A stretch of 64,000 nt of DNA from Phoronis australis (taxonomy: Eukaryota > Animalia > Phoronida), in contig NMRA01000419.1 in assembly GCA_002633005.1 (NCBI GenBank), positions 103,976 through 167,975 of the forward strand, in the 5' to 3' direction. The notes under the pieces were generated by a model. That model was not told the origin of the DNA. It saw only the letters and a list, made by a program, of their open reading frames with translations, and searched no databases. The position numbers and the translations under genes were made by a program. Numbering within the stretch: position 1 is the first letter of the stretch; every line of letters begins with the position of its first letter. Shown here one piece after another: positions 38,920 to 53,685 of this stretch.

Positions 38920-39702
38920 CTAAGAGCGTACAAATAAACCAAGCATGAAATGACAACTTGATAATCATACACCGTATCACACTTCATTAAATTACGGTGT
39001 CACATTATATTGACACTCAGATGTAGTTAAATTAATCGCCCTATTCATCTGAATAAAATAGTCGAATTAGGCATTTTACTCTCTTAAAATCGATCTCTAT
39101 ATTCGTTACCACAGCGACTTAGTAAAACACTTCAGAGTTCATCGCAGGCCCGTATGAAGGAAAAAATATTGGGGGGGCGCAAACAAATTTGACTTCCCCA
39201 ACCTACCTCCTTGCTATCGTCACGCTCCCCCCCCCCCCGTTCTCTGGATGTCATCATATTTGTTCCGAGCCCCACCCCCCACGTCCGGCATAGGTGGGGG
39301 TAATACAGGGAATGTAGCCATCAGGATTTGAGTAACCGTGAACCAACAAACCAACAAAGATTCACGGGGAGTAGAAATGCGTCTAGGCCCCGAGCGCACT
39401 GACGGGTAGCTGGGAGCTACATGAAGTAATTATAGCTGGGTAGAAGGTCAAGGTTCCTTTTATTATGATCCATTTTCAGGAAAACTTCATTTTAGTATGG
39501 GGATTCTTTGAAGTAATTTTTGGCCGTTTCAGAATTCCTTGGTGGTCACTGGGGAAAATGATACAGAGTGTGTCCCAAAATTTACACACTTCAACGTCTG
39601 GGGTTCAAATCCTGTTCCCGTGGGTAACTGTTATTCTAAGCAGTCCTACTGCATGATTACTCTTCATTTTAACGTGGATGTGCCTGTCATGACGTCCTCC
39701 GT

Positions 39703-39937
39703 GCATGCGCGCACCTGGGGGGGCTCGGGGAGCTCGACGGCAAAGTGGGCAAAAGGTCCGCTTAAGAGAAACAAAATATCCGACAAAAACGAGACAAAAG
39801 TCCAATAAAAAGGCAGGATGCGGCGTATGCACAATTCATAGCCCTGATCGAACCCCGTATTCGTTTTTTTAGCAAAAGGTCCACATACTCAAAAATTCGA
39901 GCCCCCCCCCCTTAATTTTAGACTGGATGCGCTTATG
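39703..39937. mobile_element. G/C-tract MITE
   Basis: CATGCGCGCACCTGGGGGGG...CTGGATGCGCTTATG termini. A related copy is nested at ~55610-55750. Confidence 0.55.
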
Positions 39938-42900
39938 AACTTTGTGTAGTATGCACGGGAAATGCAAGCCAACGATTCAGTTTTGCACAATATTACTGGA
40001 AACCAAAAACATCGAGGAAGTTCAAAGACAACCTTTCCAAGTTGATGACCAATAAATTTGATTTCAATAAGTACCTGAACTTCATTTTTGATCTACGGTT
40101 TGTAAACTTAAACCCAGTAATCTAGTTCCTAAACCAATAAACAATTTATTGTCATTTGAATTGTGAGAACATTTTAGGACACATTTTTGAGCTGTCCGAA
40201 ATTCATAAATTTCCTTGAGACTTATTTCAGATAGACAGAAATTGTTTACTGTACTTTTATATTTGGGGATCTGATGATAAGTCGAATTTTCCCAATGTCG
40301 GTCCGCAAATAAATGCATTGAAGTATTTGTCATTTCTTACAAGATTAGCTTCTAACTGTCAAAAAATCATCTCTCAATCAGTCCACTTTCGTAGATACAT
40401 AAACATGTCAATCAGAAACCAACAATCAAATCCATGTGCAATGCGTTTACCTTGATTTAATGATTTAATTCCTTTTTAATCCCCTGTTAGTGGCTTTAAA
40501 CATCAAATCTTGCACCGAAGTCAAAAAGCAATGCATTTATTGTCATTTGAATTTTGAGTAAATTTTCTGGGAATTGTCCAAATTTCATCAATGTTTTTGA
40601 ACCATGCGGCGTCAAATAAACATAACATCGGCTTTGTGACCGACTGTGTAAAACTGATGAATAGATGAAGGGTGCATTTTTACAAGCCAATTACTTACAT
40701 GTGTATGTCGAAGCACAAATGCCATATACTTGGAGTATTTTTGTTTACACCTTTACAAATTATCAAAGAATACAACTGCAGTGTAATTTGAAAACAAAAA
40801 CAAAACCGACCTCCGCAAGTGTTTACTTCCTATATAAAATACTCCTCCACTTGTGAAGACTCGGGTCATTCTATTAACGCGCATGTCATCAAAACGCTAT
40901 CTGGTCGCTAGATGTCGCGAGAGTAAAAAAGGTAATTTTGTGACTGGGTCGCGTTTGCGGTAAGGACTACTATGAGGCCGATTTTAAGAGAGTGAATAAT
41001 CTTAATCGATTTAAATTTTTTAGCCAGTTTAACAGAAAAACTACAGCTTTAACTAGCAAGGTTTGCATGCAACAAGAGATAGTCATGCACTGTATATCAT
41101 GTTTTAAGTATCGGTTTATTTTGATACAGCCATGGACCCAATTCACGCGGCGGACATTAAAATCCAAAGCGAGGCTCACTGCAATAAACAAAGCGAAAGT
41201 TGACTTTGCCTGAGTTAAATGGCAGGTCGAGTCCAACCTAGATATTAAATCTTAAAAATGTGTCGACAATTAATCACAAAGACGTAGAAAAATACATTAG
41301 AGAACAAGTTAATGCACCAAAGAGTTGTCTGACGAAAGGGTATAATTTTTTTTTGGAAAACTATTTTCGAAATATGAAAAGTAGATACGATCAAATTTCG
41401 GCGATCGTTGTGTTACGGATTAGGTATTATGCTGAATGCAGGGTTACGTATCTTCTTGTAATTAAATTGTTGATAAAAATGCTTTCTACACGAACCAGGT
41501 CATCTGCCCGTATTGTTGACGAGTTGAACTGAGATATATTCGACAGAGGTGGCTCATCGCATTTTGCTGTCATGACGTGCAAGTAGTCACACCTGGTTTA
41601 ATTTGTTGATCGAGAATTTTAACATCAAGCATAGCCTGATCCTGGAGAGGTAGAGACTATACCGGGACTAACAGTTGATTTGTCATTGATCTGATAAAAT
41701 AATTGATGTTATTAAATATATTTTAATTAAAATAAAAAACAGGCTCCTAACTGAAAATAAAAATTATTTGACCATCAATTATGTTTTCTTGGTTTCAATA
41801 ATTCTTACGTCTATTTCATGTATTAGGTTTCAAATATCAATCTGGACCAAGTTGAATTTTAAAATTAAATCACCTAATTCGTTCGTCCAAAGCATAACCT
41901 CGTTTTAGAACTCGATTCACTGAGTTAACTGGCCAGAGCAATCATAGTTATCATGTTTCCAGGAGCCTCGTTCATCCGAGGCCGGGGAACTGAGGTGCCT
42001 AAGCCTTCTGAGAGGAGATTTTTTCGCTGAGTGAGGGGAAAACTCTACCTCCTGATCACTATCAATAGCACCCCCGCCGATTGCAAGCTCTCATAGGCTC
42101 TGTCTCAATTTAAAGTAGCATTTTACAGGTGATTTGAACTTTGGATCGAGGGGAATTTTCGGGACTCGTGGAGGAACTTCGCGTGACTTTCAATAGTTTT
42201 GAGATAGAAATAGGGCCGATATTCGGCCCCAAAATCGAGGGATTGAGGACCCTGTCCTTTTTGGAAAGAACAATGCATTATGTTTCAACCCGTAGTCATG
42301 AGCCTGGCTGGCCGAAGATTCTCCGGTCGTTACTATCGATGCTTGACAACCGAGATGCGACAAAATATGATCTAAACTTTTCGAAAACATTTATAAATTT
42401 TACACGGACATGTTTTCCTTCGTCGCGGCGTATGTAAACGACCCAACGCTTTCGAATCTCAACGTCCTTAGGGATTGTAAATCAGACAGTTGAATGTCCG
42501 TATTTTTCTAGCCGTTCGAGCAACGCGGCTCTACACTACTATGCCGATAAACTAACAGAGCTATCGTAGCGAGCCTCGTTTTGGAACGCGCCTCCTGTCA
42601 GCGTGTATTGGGTCCATGGTGTCTAGCTTACATATTATTTACTGTCTCCCTGCTACGCTTCATGGATGGAAGCATACCATATCGCATTACTGCTCGCCAT
42701 GATAAGAAATATTATACTTGCAAAATTTCGAACAAGCATAAAGTAATCTACGTTCAATAATCATGTGCCCGCATCCTTAACCAGTCTGATATACTCCAGN
42801 GACCGTCCCCTCTCCTTTAAAAATCCTGGATCCGCCCCTGCTACGTTTGGTCTCGTGTCGTAGTAAACCTGAATAATGAAAATAGTCCATTTTCGCTCTA

Positions 42901-42970
42901 AAACTGCGTCGCAATTGCACACCGCGCCATCATTCAGTTGTACCTATACCATGCAAGTCTGACATATTTA

Positions 42971-43227
42971 ACAGTTAAACCTGGGTCTGACCAAGTCTAA
43001 AGTTAAACATGGTTTAAGATCTTAATACAGGTCTAAAGAATATAGACATCGTTGGTGAAATGAAAACTGACTTAGACCAGGTCTATACTGGAGTTAAACC
43101 AGGTTTTACAAGACCACTGGTCTAAAAGTTAAACCACCTTTATGAAATGCAGATTATCATTAAACCTGGTCTAAGTCCAGTTTAAACCTGGTTTAACTTT
43201 AAACCACCTTTATGAAATCGGCTGCAG
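42971..43227. mobile_element. Partial palindromic MITE with TTAAACC(A/T)GGT motifs
   Basis: Multiple inverted AAACCAGG/CCTGGTTT/AGACC motifs, ending TTTATGAAATCGGCTGCAG. Confidence 0.5.
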
Positions 43228-44926
43228 GAGTCTGTGTACATGAAAATATTAGTCATGTCCAACCGCATTTAGATCTACGAATGTGGAAACCAGCAAAATT
43301 TGAAACTACAGCAATTTTAAACACAAATAACGATCTATGTAAATAACAATTCACAATCTTTCATACATGTGAGTGGTTAAACCTTTCGATCGAATCTGGT
43401 ACAAGGAACAGGTGTTTCAGGTGTGGCGATCACTATGCACGCTAACAGGAGCTGCGGTAGTTTCAAGTGTTCATGATGTTACTTCTACTTCTTGGAAAAT
43501 TTTGGATCAAACATCTTGATTAATGAAAAAATTGGTAAGGTTACAATAAAGGAAAGAGACACGTGTAACAACGCCATGCCATATGGTGCTGGTTGATTAC
43601 CAATAAAAGTCCCATTATGAAAACGTTATGTTAACATTAATCAAGTACATTAATGTTGTGTGAGAAGAAGTAACAAAAACGTGTAGTTTGTGTGACATTT
43701 CATCAACCATTTATGCTTTTAGCACAAGTCTAATGGGAACTTCTGTTGCCTAGGGGATCCCGGTGCAAACCTTCGCCTGTGGACCAATCAAATAGCAATG
43801 ACGGTCCTGGTTGTGGTGACTAGGAGCATTATAATGGCAATGATGATGATGATGATGACGATGAATATCGATGGTGAACAATAACAACACAGATTAAAGA
43901 ACTTCAAAAAAACCAATAAAACTGCGACGAAGAATCTGCCAATAAGAGCGAAGTCGTCGGATATCTGCGAGATGTATCGAGAAGCGGATAACGCAATCAA
44001 AAAACTCTGTGCGAGGTCTATCTACATGACAATTGAAGGACCTCGACACAAAGTAAAAGGTAGAAAAATGCCATAGACAGCATCATTTCGACCAAGAACA
44101 ACAGACTTCGGGTTATTAACGAGTTACAGGATTTGTTTAAATTTCATAGATGTTCATCGGACAAGTAATGCCACCTGTTGTTTGTGTACAAACAGACAAG
44201 ATCACAACACAGCTGCCTCTGACAAATAAAATCAAACGTAATTGATCATCATAAAAGAAACAATAAAACTAATGCAAATACCAATTAAAATAGCACTCAA
44301 CATGGAAAGTTCAATTCTAACTTTAAATGAGGAGAACACTGAGGCACTTCATCTCCGGGCTCCGTGACTCAAACCGATGTCTTAGGGATTACCATGTAGC
44401 CAGTAGGTCACAGTGCGACAGATTACCATGTAGTCAGTAGGTCAGAGTGCGACAGGCTTAATCTATTATAGAACTAAATAAGTGTACATGTATAGTAAAT
44501 CCAAAATGAAGGTGGCACCGAAGGAAGGAAATTAAAAAAGCATTCGGTTAAAAAGTGGGATGTAACGGTCACAGATTCTGCGAGTGAGAAAGCCTTCACC
44601 TCCGCCATCTGTATGTGATCTTGAAGAAAAACAATGTGCTTTGAGACATTGAGGAGTTCGACAATGTGTCTGAATTTCGTGTAAATCAAACAAGAAATGC
44701 AACCTGTAGCATGTGAATAAACAAAATTTTTCATAACTAAGACGGACAGTGTAAAATACTTAGCGAAGTAACAGTATTATGACATAGCAGCAGACATGGA
44801 TTAATTTCAATTCACCAAGTAATAATGCAACATCTGCACTTATAGCCCCAGGATCTCAAAATGAACATGATGGAAGAAACGCTTTTGTTTACGCCTTAGT
44901 GATTTTCTAGTGGCCATGGCGTCTGC

Positions 44927-45230
44927 GACTACATGTATGTACCGCCACTAGTACCATTTAACTACGACTACATGTATGTACCGACACTAGTACCATTTAA
45001 ATACGACTACTTGTATATACCGGCACTAGTACCATTTAAATACGACTACGTGTATGTAACGACACTAGTGCCATTTAAATACGACTACATGTATGTACCG
45101 CCACTAGTACCATTTAAATACGACTACATGTATGTAACGACACTAGTGCCATTTAAATACGACTACATGTATGTACCGGCACTAATATCACTTAAATACG
45201 ATTACATGTCGGCACTAGCACCATTTAAAT
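44927..45230 (+). repeat. 39-bp minisatellite, about 8 copies
   Basis: Unit GACTACATGTATGTACCGCCACTAGTACCATTTAAATAC. Confidence 0.95.
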
Positions 45231-48200
45231 GCTTTACTCACAAATGTTCCCAGATTCCGACGATATATCAGAGAATAACCCAGTTTGCAACTGTTTGAAA
45301 GATGGCTTCGCTTTCCTTTAAACCATGCATTTTTAATAAATTTTAGGTTTTTCAGCAGATTCGTTTCAAGTCATAGGAATATCTTTGCTGTACTTTCGTT
45401 GTGTATTTTACACCAAATTTGCCTTATGGACAGCGATATTGTCCTCATTGTTTTGTTTTCAATTGACCTGGGAGACCATTCTAAATGGTTTGATCAAATA
45501 CTACATGGTTTGATGAATTTCCTAAGAAATGCTTCACTAAATTAATAGTTGAGATAAAAGGTCATATATATTATGACAAACTAAACTACTACAGATATCA
45601 GTAATTACAAAAGTTATATAACATGTTGAACTGTAAAGGTGGGTGACAATCTGCCTCCAATGAAGGTATACACAAGTGGTGAATAGTAAGTAAAGAAACA
45701 ATATGCCGAAGCATAACAGCAACACCGGGACAGCGACATGTGAAATTTGAGGATAAGAGAGAAAGAAAATTGGTTTGAGGGAGGGAGGGAAAGAGAAATT
45801 GAGTGAAAAATGAAAGTTGGAGGAAATTGTTGTCGATGGCCCAGTGCTGCGACAAGACAAAGAGATCACGTGGTACAATTGAACCAATAATGATAAAACA
45901 AAGAGGGTCACTGACCTGAGAATCCAAACAATATGATAATGAGGGTGAGGCAGTATAGCTTACATAAAATAATTTAATACTTAAATAGTTTCTATTTAAC
46001 ATTTTCACCCAATCTTGCAGATTTTGAGATATTATAGTTTCACTTTATGAAAATCACAAAAAGGTGAGAATTGAAGAAATTTAGTCAATCTTTATTTGAA
46101 CGCACTTGTTAAATGGACCCATAGATGAGCCTTAAGAACACATTTTCGTGTTGTTTTTTTCCCGCGTTTCGTTCTTGTGTTATTTGACATCGTTTGCGAC
46201 CGGTATTGGGGGTAGACACATAAAACCCAACATTTAAGACGAGCATCGGAGAAACAATTCCGTCGTCTTTCGTTGTAATCGGTCTAAAATATGCCAGATC
46301 TTGACAGCAGCTAAACAAGTACGCATGATTTGTTGTTCGTTTCGACCTATTCTTCACAAATTATTCGAGATTTTTAAGTAGATACCCACGTGGGGCAGTG
46401 AAAGTCTGGGAGTCCGCCTGAGAAGACTAATTGACCTCCGTATATGCTGGACGGAAAAGTGGATGTTGAAATATGAAAATTAAAATTCCAGGTTTTAAAA
46501 GCATAAGCAATGAAAAGAAATAAATGAATGTGAAGGTCTCTGATTCGAAAATCATCTACTCATAGTGCTAGGACTGCAATGTCAACTTCGACCACGCGCA
46601 ATTGAGGTTGAGCCGCACATGCCTGAGCAATTAGTTTGCATTCACTTGTCCCAGTGCTGTTTCTTGCCATGGAATAAATGGCTTAGGGTGGAAGTTTTGT
46701 TAGGTATAAACGAAGTAAGTTTAGAACTGTTATTACCAAAAACTTCTTCCGAACAAATTCCATCTCTATTTTTGTAATATTTTACTGTGTAATGGCCCAA
46801 ACATTGTCAAAAGGAGAACAAATTGCTTGCAGAGCTCCGGAGAGCCGGCTGTACTTCTTCTTATAGTTTAATATGACGTCAATGGGAAAAGTGTCACTAA
46901 GTTTCGCCGTTTGTCAACCAATAACGAAATTAAGTTTCGTAAAAACCTTAAGTTATGAAAACGGAAGTTTGTTCCAAAGACTTGTTCCAAAAATACTTAA
47001 ATTTCTGTCAAAAACTTAAGTTTTTCGGTGAAAACTCAAGTTCATTTTGTAAGGGTAGGAATCGCAAATATTCTCCCTTTGCTGGAACGTTTTGGAAATC
47101 CTTTTGTTGAACACTTTTAACTTTACATACATATCTTCTTGCACTAGTACGGCGGTTTGGTCGCTGCACATTGAGTACTACTTTATTTGCCATGTGCACA
47201 AGTTTCATATTTTCTTTATGATGTCATTTAAATTTCGTTTGATTTGATTATTTATCAATGTCAGGGTTGTAGTGATCTCATTATCTGTATGAACACACGC
47301 TAGAGGTCGCATTTCTTGTCCGATAAACATAAAATATGCAAAGTGCGTGTGTATCCTCAATAGATATCCGACAATAGTTCATTAATCACAGGTGGGTATC
47401 TAAAAATGTTTGGTACATTAATTTTTTGTTTGTTTTATGTCTAGGTAGCATCCCTGAAGCATTTAGTTTGGTTGTAATCCTGTCTGTCTTTAGTATTTTC
47501 TTAATATTCAAATTAAGGTTTCCATTTTTTCAAAACTATATTGCTTTGGAGGTGATGCATCAAAAATGTGCATATATTACGCAAATTAAGGCAGCAATGA
47601 TTTTGAAAATTTTGCTTCTTCTTATTGTTGCTGCTATCCGGCATCACGATTTAATTAAATTGATATTTGCACCAATGTATCTCGTTTCTTAAATGAAACC
47701 TGTGTTCAAGCTGTAGCATAAATTTGCATAATTCATACAATTAATGACCACCATTGTTTAAAATTATATTATTTATAATTCTGTTTCGGCTCATGACACT
47801 TTCCTATCGGGCGCTAAGAATGGATTTTTTGTTGTTGTTTGTGGTCATTGAATTTAACGAAACCAATGTGGAGGTCATTATATCACAGATTTGCATAATT
47901 TATGTAAATTAATACAATCAAAAGTAGTTTGCTTATGTGACTTTGTGTGGTTTGATTAAATTCCATAGATTTTTGAAATTATTTTCATAAGTGTGCTGCT
48001 AGTATGGAGAATCTCCAACATTTAGTGAGGTCACTATGATCATGCACTTGGATATCCATATGCATGTCATTGCCGATCATCCATGATTTGCCTTACAACT
48101 ACAGTATCATGGTTATCAAACCTAACCATTTGCTTAGACAATTTTTAAACCCAACACCTAAAGCACAACCTGAAATATTCAAATGACATCTGTATTATGA

Positions 48201-48819
48201 CTTTAGAAAACATCTGATTGCCTAAGGAATAGAAATGCAATAAAGACTTACAGAGTGTACGTGTTCGTTCATTTTGCTTGACGTACAAGTTGTTGATTAC
48301 ATTGCTGAATGTGTTTTCGTCATACATGTGACTAGACTGCTGAAAAAAGTCACGATTACCATTGCAGTGCTAAAACTTTAGTCTCACCAGCATGTTCTTG
48401 TTGTAAACTTGTAAAAAACTAAGAACAAATCTTTTCTTGGGTTTAAAACAAACAAATAACTCAAACCCTGACAACAACCTTGTCACGCACGTAACAACCC
48501 CACACCTCATCGCATTTTTAAAACTTGTGCATATATAGTCAGTGTCTGATCTACGTTTTCAGTTTAGGATTCGCGCCTTGCGCGAAAGCGAGGCACGTAG
48601 CGCTGAGCGGGGGACGTCGTGTAAAACAATATTTTTTTTTTGTTTTCGTAGTCAAATAGTGCAATTTCTATGCATCCTCGCGAGTTTGTGGCAGGTAACG
48701 TGTCTTTGGAGTTTTCCTTAATCCTCTCGATTTCGTCACATGAACTAGGCTCAAACGTTCCGTAAAACCATATTAATTTTGTGCACACCTGGGTATGAGT
48801 CATGCCACCAGCAAAATAT

Positions 48820-51505
48820 AGTTGGAACATCTGTCTGCACACACCGGTTTTAGCATACGAAAATTCGTATACGAAAAAGTGTAGTGTGCATACAGCTGTT
48901 TAGACAACTAATAAATATTCATGATCGAGTACCAGTGGCCATGTAAAAGTCCAGGGCTTGAATATTAGATGATCGCGTGACAGCATCCTCAAGTTGTTTA
49001 AGAACGAAGACCGACACTGTTACGTCCGCAAATAAACATGTGTTCTATCTCGTTACGAGAAAAAACTGACGAACGATGGTGATCTCAGCTCATTGCCTGT
49101 TATTAAAAGCGACAATAAACACTTAAGTTTCACTTTATTAAGCTGAATCACGTTGACTGTTGGGTTACTGCATGACTCAACAATTGAAAAACGCCAAATG
49201 TACCAGGAAACAAATCACCTGAAAACATTTTCACGAAACCAAAACATACTTTACACCGTGTCGATAAGATATGCAAGACCAGTTTGCCGAGGGACCAAAT
49301 GTACACTGAGAGTCAATATCTTTACAGATAACCTGGCCTGGTCCGTCATGAGGCCAAACGTACACCTGTGCTCGTTATCCCTATAAAATAGTCGATCTGT
49401 AGCGTGACCAAACAGTACCTACTGTACACTGTTGTAAAAAGGTATCACAAGACTAGTTCGTCGAGGGTCCAGAAGTACACTGAGAGTCAATCTCTACACA
49501 AATAATCTGTCCTGGTCCGCCGAGAGACAAAAAGTTCGCTATGCTAAGTATCTATAAAAATACTAGAACTGTCGCGAAACCAAAAAGTACTGACTACTCA
49601 ATAGATAGCTTTACGGAGCACACTGTGGTAAAAATATTACCAGTTCGCCGGGAGAGTCAATAGCTACACAAATAAACTGGCCTGGTCAGTCGCGAGACTT
49701 AAAGTACACTATGCCAAAAGCCTGAATTGAAAACTGCTCCCGAGATTATTTTTAATCCCCAGTGGCTACTCATACATCTATTTATACATCTTGCCGTTAA
49801 TCATTCACAAAACTTGGCGCACTTTCACTCAAACAAGAAAAACTTGCAAAACACACGCCTTGGATAAAGCGCTTGACATGTCTAGTCTTTTCGTTGTTTC
49901 GTAATGCATGGCCATCAGTGATAACCCAGCAAGCCTTTCCTCAGACATAGTAGCCCTCAAGTGTGTGTTCACACGCCTGAACAGAGAAAGTAATCTCTCA
50001 GCCTCACAGGATCCAATAGGGGATAGACATCCAATTACTAATAGCTCTCTGACGTTTGGGAAGATGTCGCCGTCTGCGTGCTTGAGTGTGGAACGCAAGT
50101 TATCTGGCAATTCCTCTCGACTTTGAGCATTCCAGAAGGACCGCCATCGTCGGAGTTATTGCTGAAATGAGAGCAAAAGATATTAATCCTTTTTATGTTT
50201 CGATATTGTATAGGGCAATCGAAATTTAACAGAGGACACAACGTGTTACTCAAAATGCCGATAGTCAGAAGGGAGTCAGTCACCTTCAAGAATCTGGTGA
50301 TGGCAAATCTATGTCCCAGAAATGCAGCCGATCCTCCAGTGAGCTTACGTCTACATCCCTCATCCTGCTAAGCACTAATGGCACAAGAAATGACAGCTTC
50401 CACCTGCCCGTTGCATTTCGAAAACCTGGTGGTCAACTGATGTGAGAGGTTGTCTAGGAAGGGTATTCCCACTGTTCTTCTGAAGTATAGGTACTTACTG
50501 GAACAAACAAGCATTGACTACAAATTTAACTATGCTCTACGTGAATTAGATTTAGGTTATGAAGCAGATAAAGGGCCAAGTGGAAATACAAACTAGAACC
50601 AGTTTCTGTGTGCTCGCAGACCCTGTGCTTTAATGGGTAATGTACGAAAATAAGTTCTATATCGTTTCCGTTGTACACAAGCATAAAAGAAAAAAATATG
50701 TCAGAAAACCAACATTATGTACAAACTGTGTAGAATTATAATTTATTACCTGGGTGTTTCGGCAGGAAAGTTAGCCCTATGCTTCTGTCTTCTGGACTGC
50801 CGAGGAATCTGTATATTGGATCCAATGGTTTGCGCGTCTTGTAACCATTCAACACAGACATCTTCGATGTTTGTTTCCAATGCTTGCACTTCGTCGACTG
50901 CTGTATCAATGAGCGTGTAAGCCACTACAATGTCAGAACCTCGTTTGGCAGCTTGACACTAAGCCCCTTGAGGTTGTCAAATCCATTCAAAAGAGTTACA
51001 AGCACAACTATATTTGCTTCAAACATTGCGCTTTTGTCAAAGACGATGTATCCCAACATCAATTTCCATCTGTTGCGTTTTTCGGGACAAACGTCCCAAT
51101 GTCTGAACACTTTAAACCCGAAGTTGTAACACCAAATAAACGCCCATAGGCATGGGCGTTTCATCGGGTGGGCCTTTCTGCGGAAATTCCCAGTATAGAA
51201 GATGGTCAGTGCTGAGGTCTAAAGTGTTTGGCTACTTCATAAATGTCGATGGAAGCTTCCACTCCGCGCGACTTGACGATGAGCCACGATAACTCGAAAT
51301 GCGTTGCTTTTCGTGGTTGCAGAAAATCACAACGCAAAGAAATTATATTTTCAGGGTAAACCCCCCTCAATTTTTCGAAGTGGATTACTTGGGCTTACAC
51401 ACGCTGACAGTGCCGTTTTTGTTATGCTGGCGATGTTTTGCATTTTTATTTTTGATCCTGTCCCAAGGGGGGTAAACCCCCTGAACCCCCATAGATCCAG
51501 CACTG
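48820..51505 (-). mobile_element. hAT element relic, copy B
   Basis: Inverted homology to 14982-16215. Three ~180-bp subterminal tandem units at ~49277-49710. Candidate terminus GATCCAGCACTG at 51494-51505. Confidence 0.65.
49829..51030 (-). pseudogene. hAT transposase C-terminal half (THAP12/ZMYM1-like lineage) with an intron
   Basis: LKGLSVKL..., IPRQSRRQKHRANFPAETP|GT, intron ~50490-50747, YFRRTVGIPFLDNLSHQLTTRF, and the dimerisation motif IFPNV...SCEAER...LRATMSEERLAGLSLM. Confidence 0.85.
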
Positions 51506-52156
51506 TCACTGCCGCAGTGTAAATAATGCAATTTAAATTCAACTGTGGGGGTACAGATGAGCAACGCACTATTACAAATTGCGCTCTGTAAAGTTGATAT
51601 GACCGGAAACTATACCCATGTCGAAGAAATGACTACATCCGGTTAGAAGAGGGTACTTCTCCTCAGTGAATCTTCACTAAAGGGGTAACAGCTAAGGCTA
51701 CACCCGACACTGGATTCGCCTACATTTACATACTACTAGTAGTAGACGTATTTAAGCCATCAAAATATCATGAAAAGGGTTTCGGTAGGTGTCGCAAGTT
51801 TTTCTGACGGCGAACTAGAAAAGGTGCATGACCTTTCTCCGGCAACTTTTCACTGGAATTCTAATGACTATCGGACCACCTCCACCTGAGCAAACCTGCC
51901 ACATATTCATTTGCGAACACGGGTATGCCCGTGCAGCATGGCTCCCACGAAAATTGTTTTAATTTGTTTAACTTTTCAAATAGCCTCCGTGATCCCGATC
52001 GATGCGGATCCTTAGGTGAATCTGATTACCACCGACCCGCTCGGATATACATTTCCTTGACAATGTAAAATGTGCTTACAAAGGCGGGTCGATGATGTAC
52101 GTCCATGAGGTTTCTTGAGGAAAGTTTTGGAGCGTCTCTCAATAAGGGGGCGTTAC

Positions 52157-52400
52157 CTGCACAAAAACACTTTCCATAGCCTATTTGTCCGACGACCCAT
52201 GTGTGTACGTGACACCTTTCGTTTCCATGTCTTCTCATGACGGTACCCCAGCCCAAGCCTTGTGGAGCCAGTTTAGGCTTCGGGAGGCCGTATTTGTTTG
52301 TCGTTGTAATAATCAGAATTTGCCGTACTATGTAACATGTTCCTTCAGTTATGAAGTATGTATGGTAGTGCTGAGCCGTGTTCTCATTTCCTATAATAAC
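52157..52400 (-). CDS. CNBD2-like exon (second cNMP fold)
   Basis: TTGCAG acceptor, GTAACG donor. Reads VIIGNENT...TYFITEGTCYIVR...GQIGYGKCFCA. Phase 0 to 1. Confidence 0.8.
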
Positions 52401-53685
52401 CTGCAAACCAAAATTGGAAATAGATTTAAACTTGACTTGAATCAGAATATGAATCTGCTCTGACAGAACAGCGATAACATATTATAGTCTTTTTTTGAAA
52501 TTGCACAAGCTCGTGCAGATGCCTGGCGACACATTCGCACGCAGCGGCCCACAGCGAGTCTAGTTAGAGCATAAATCTACTTCATATTGGACCGATGTCA
52601 ATATCTTTATCGTTAGGTATTTTTGTATAATTAAAAAAACTCCCTCTGGTTATTACATGTATGTGCTCACGCTCCTGTTGCATCTAACACGAAGCAAGCC
52701 CCCCTGCATATCTCAGGAAAAGTGACATAATGAAAGATTTTTTAAATGTCAGAAATTTCGCCGTAATGATTACGCCACAAAACATTTGTGAAAAGTTATT
52801 GATTCCCATTGCTACATCATACATAGTTCCTAAGAAGATACCCGAAATTGTAAAACTGTGAAGTTCTAACAAATGGATTGGAAGCACCTTTATTTAGTAA
52901 TTTGGAAGTGGGAAGGCAAGACCAATTTTCTTTAGTTACTGTTCAACAAACTATGCTTTCGTTTGCTCGTAACGCCTCTTTTCTTAGTCTCACTTCCTTT
53001 CCATACATAACGGAAGGTCTGTGTTTTTGGTTATGAAGGCAAGTGTCATATACCAAGGACCACGGAATAAGCTTGTAGTCCAGTCATTCTGAGCCGCCAG
53101 AGGGTTAAGCTAGAAAAAACGCAAGAGAAGGCGTTTTTCAGAAATTGTATCTACCATCACACCATAGATCGAGAATAAAGTCCACAGAAATCGGAGTAGG
53201 GAAAGTTGTAATTTCCATAAAAGGGCCACCAAAACCGTGTTCTCTGGAATATTACTCCGATGCAACAGCTACAAATATATTAATAAAGTGTAAAATTGAT
53301 TACATTCTTCTGAACGGCATGCCAACCGATTGTTAATATCAAACACCCACAGCCTGAGACCAACATGGCTGACAAAATGGCGGATGAAAAGGCAATTCCG
53401 AATATGTATTGCTGCGGGAAGGGTTATCTACAGGTCAAGGTGGGCTTGCAGACGAGTCCACGGTTTCGAGGCATGCATATCTATTTCGTTGCGTGGCGTG
53501 TTACAATAACGGTAATCATACAAGAGGCACGCAGATGTTTTTTTACAGCCGAGGACGTATACACCAAAGATTTGTAATACAAAATCTGTGAATAAGACGA
53601 GACCACGCATTCAGAACTTCTTCTTATTAGCAGTTTTTTGGTGGGCAATGTTGAAAAACGACGGAAATCGTGCCCACAGCTAGGG

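Noticed and set aside
44933-45298. ORF with 13-aa repeats (MYVPPLVPFKYDY)
   Set aside because: Translation of a 39-bp minisatellite antisense within a host intron, with no splice or domain support.
33716-53108. piggyBac element between TTAACCCTC and GAGGGTTAA
   Set aside because: Only about 10 bp of match, it would span host exons, and no piggyBac transposase was seen.
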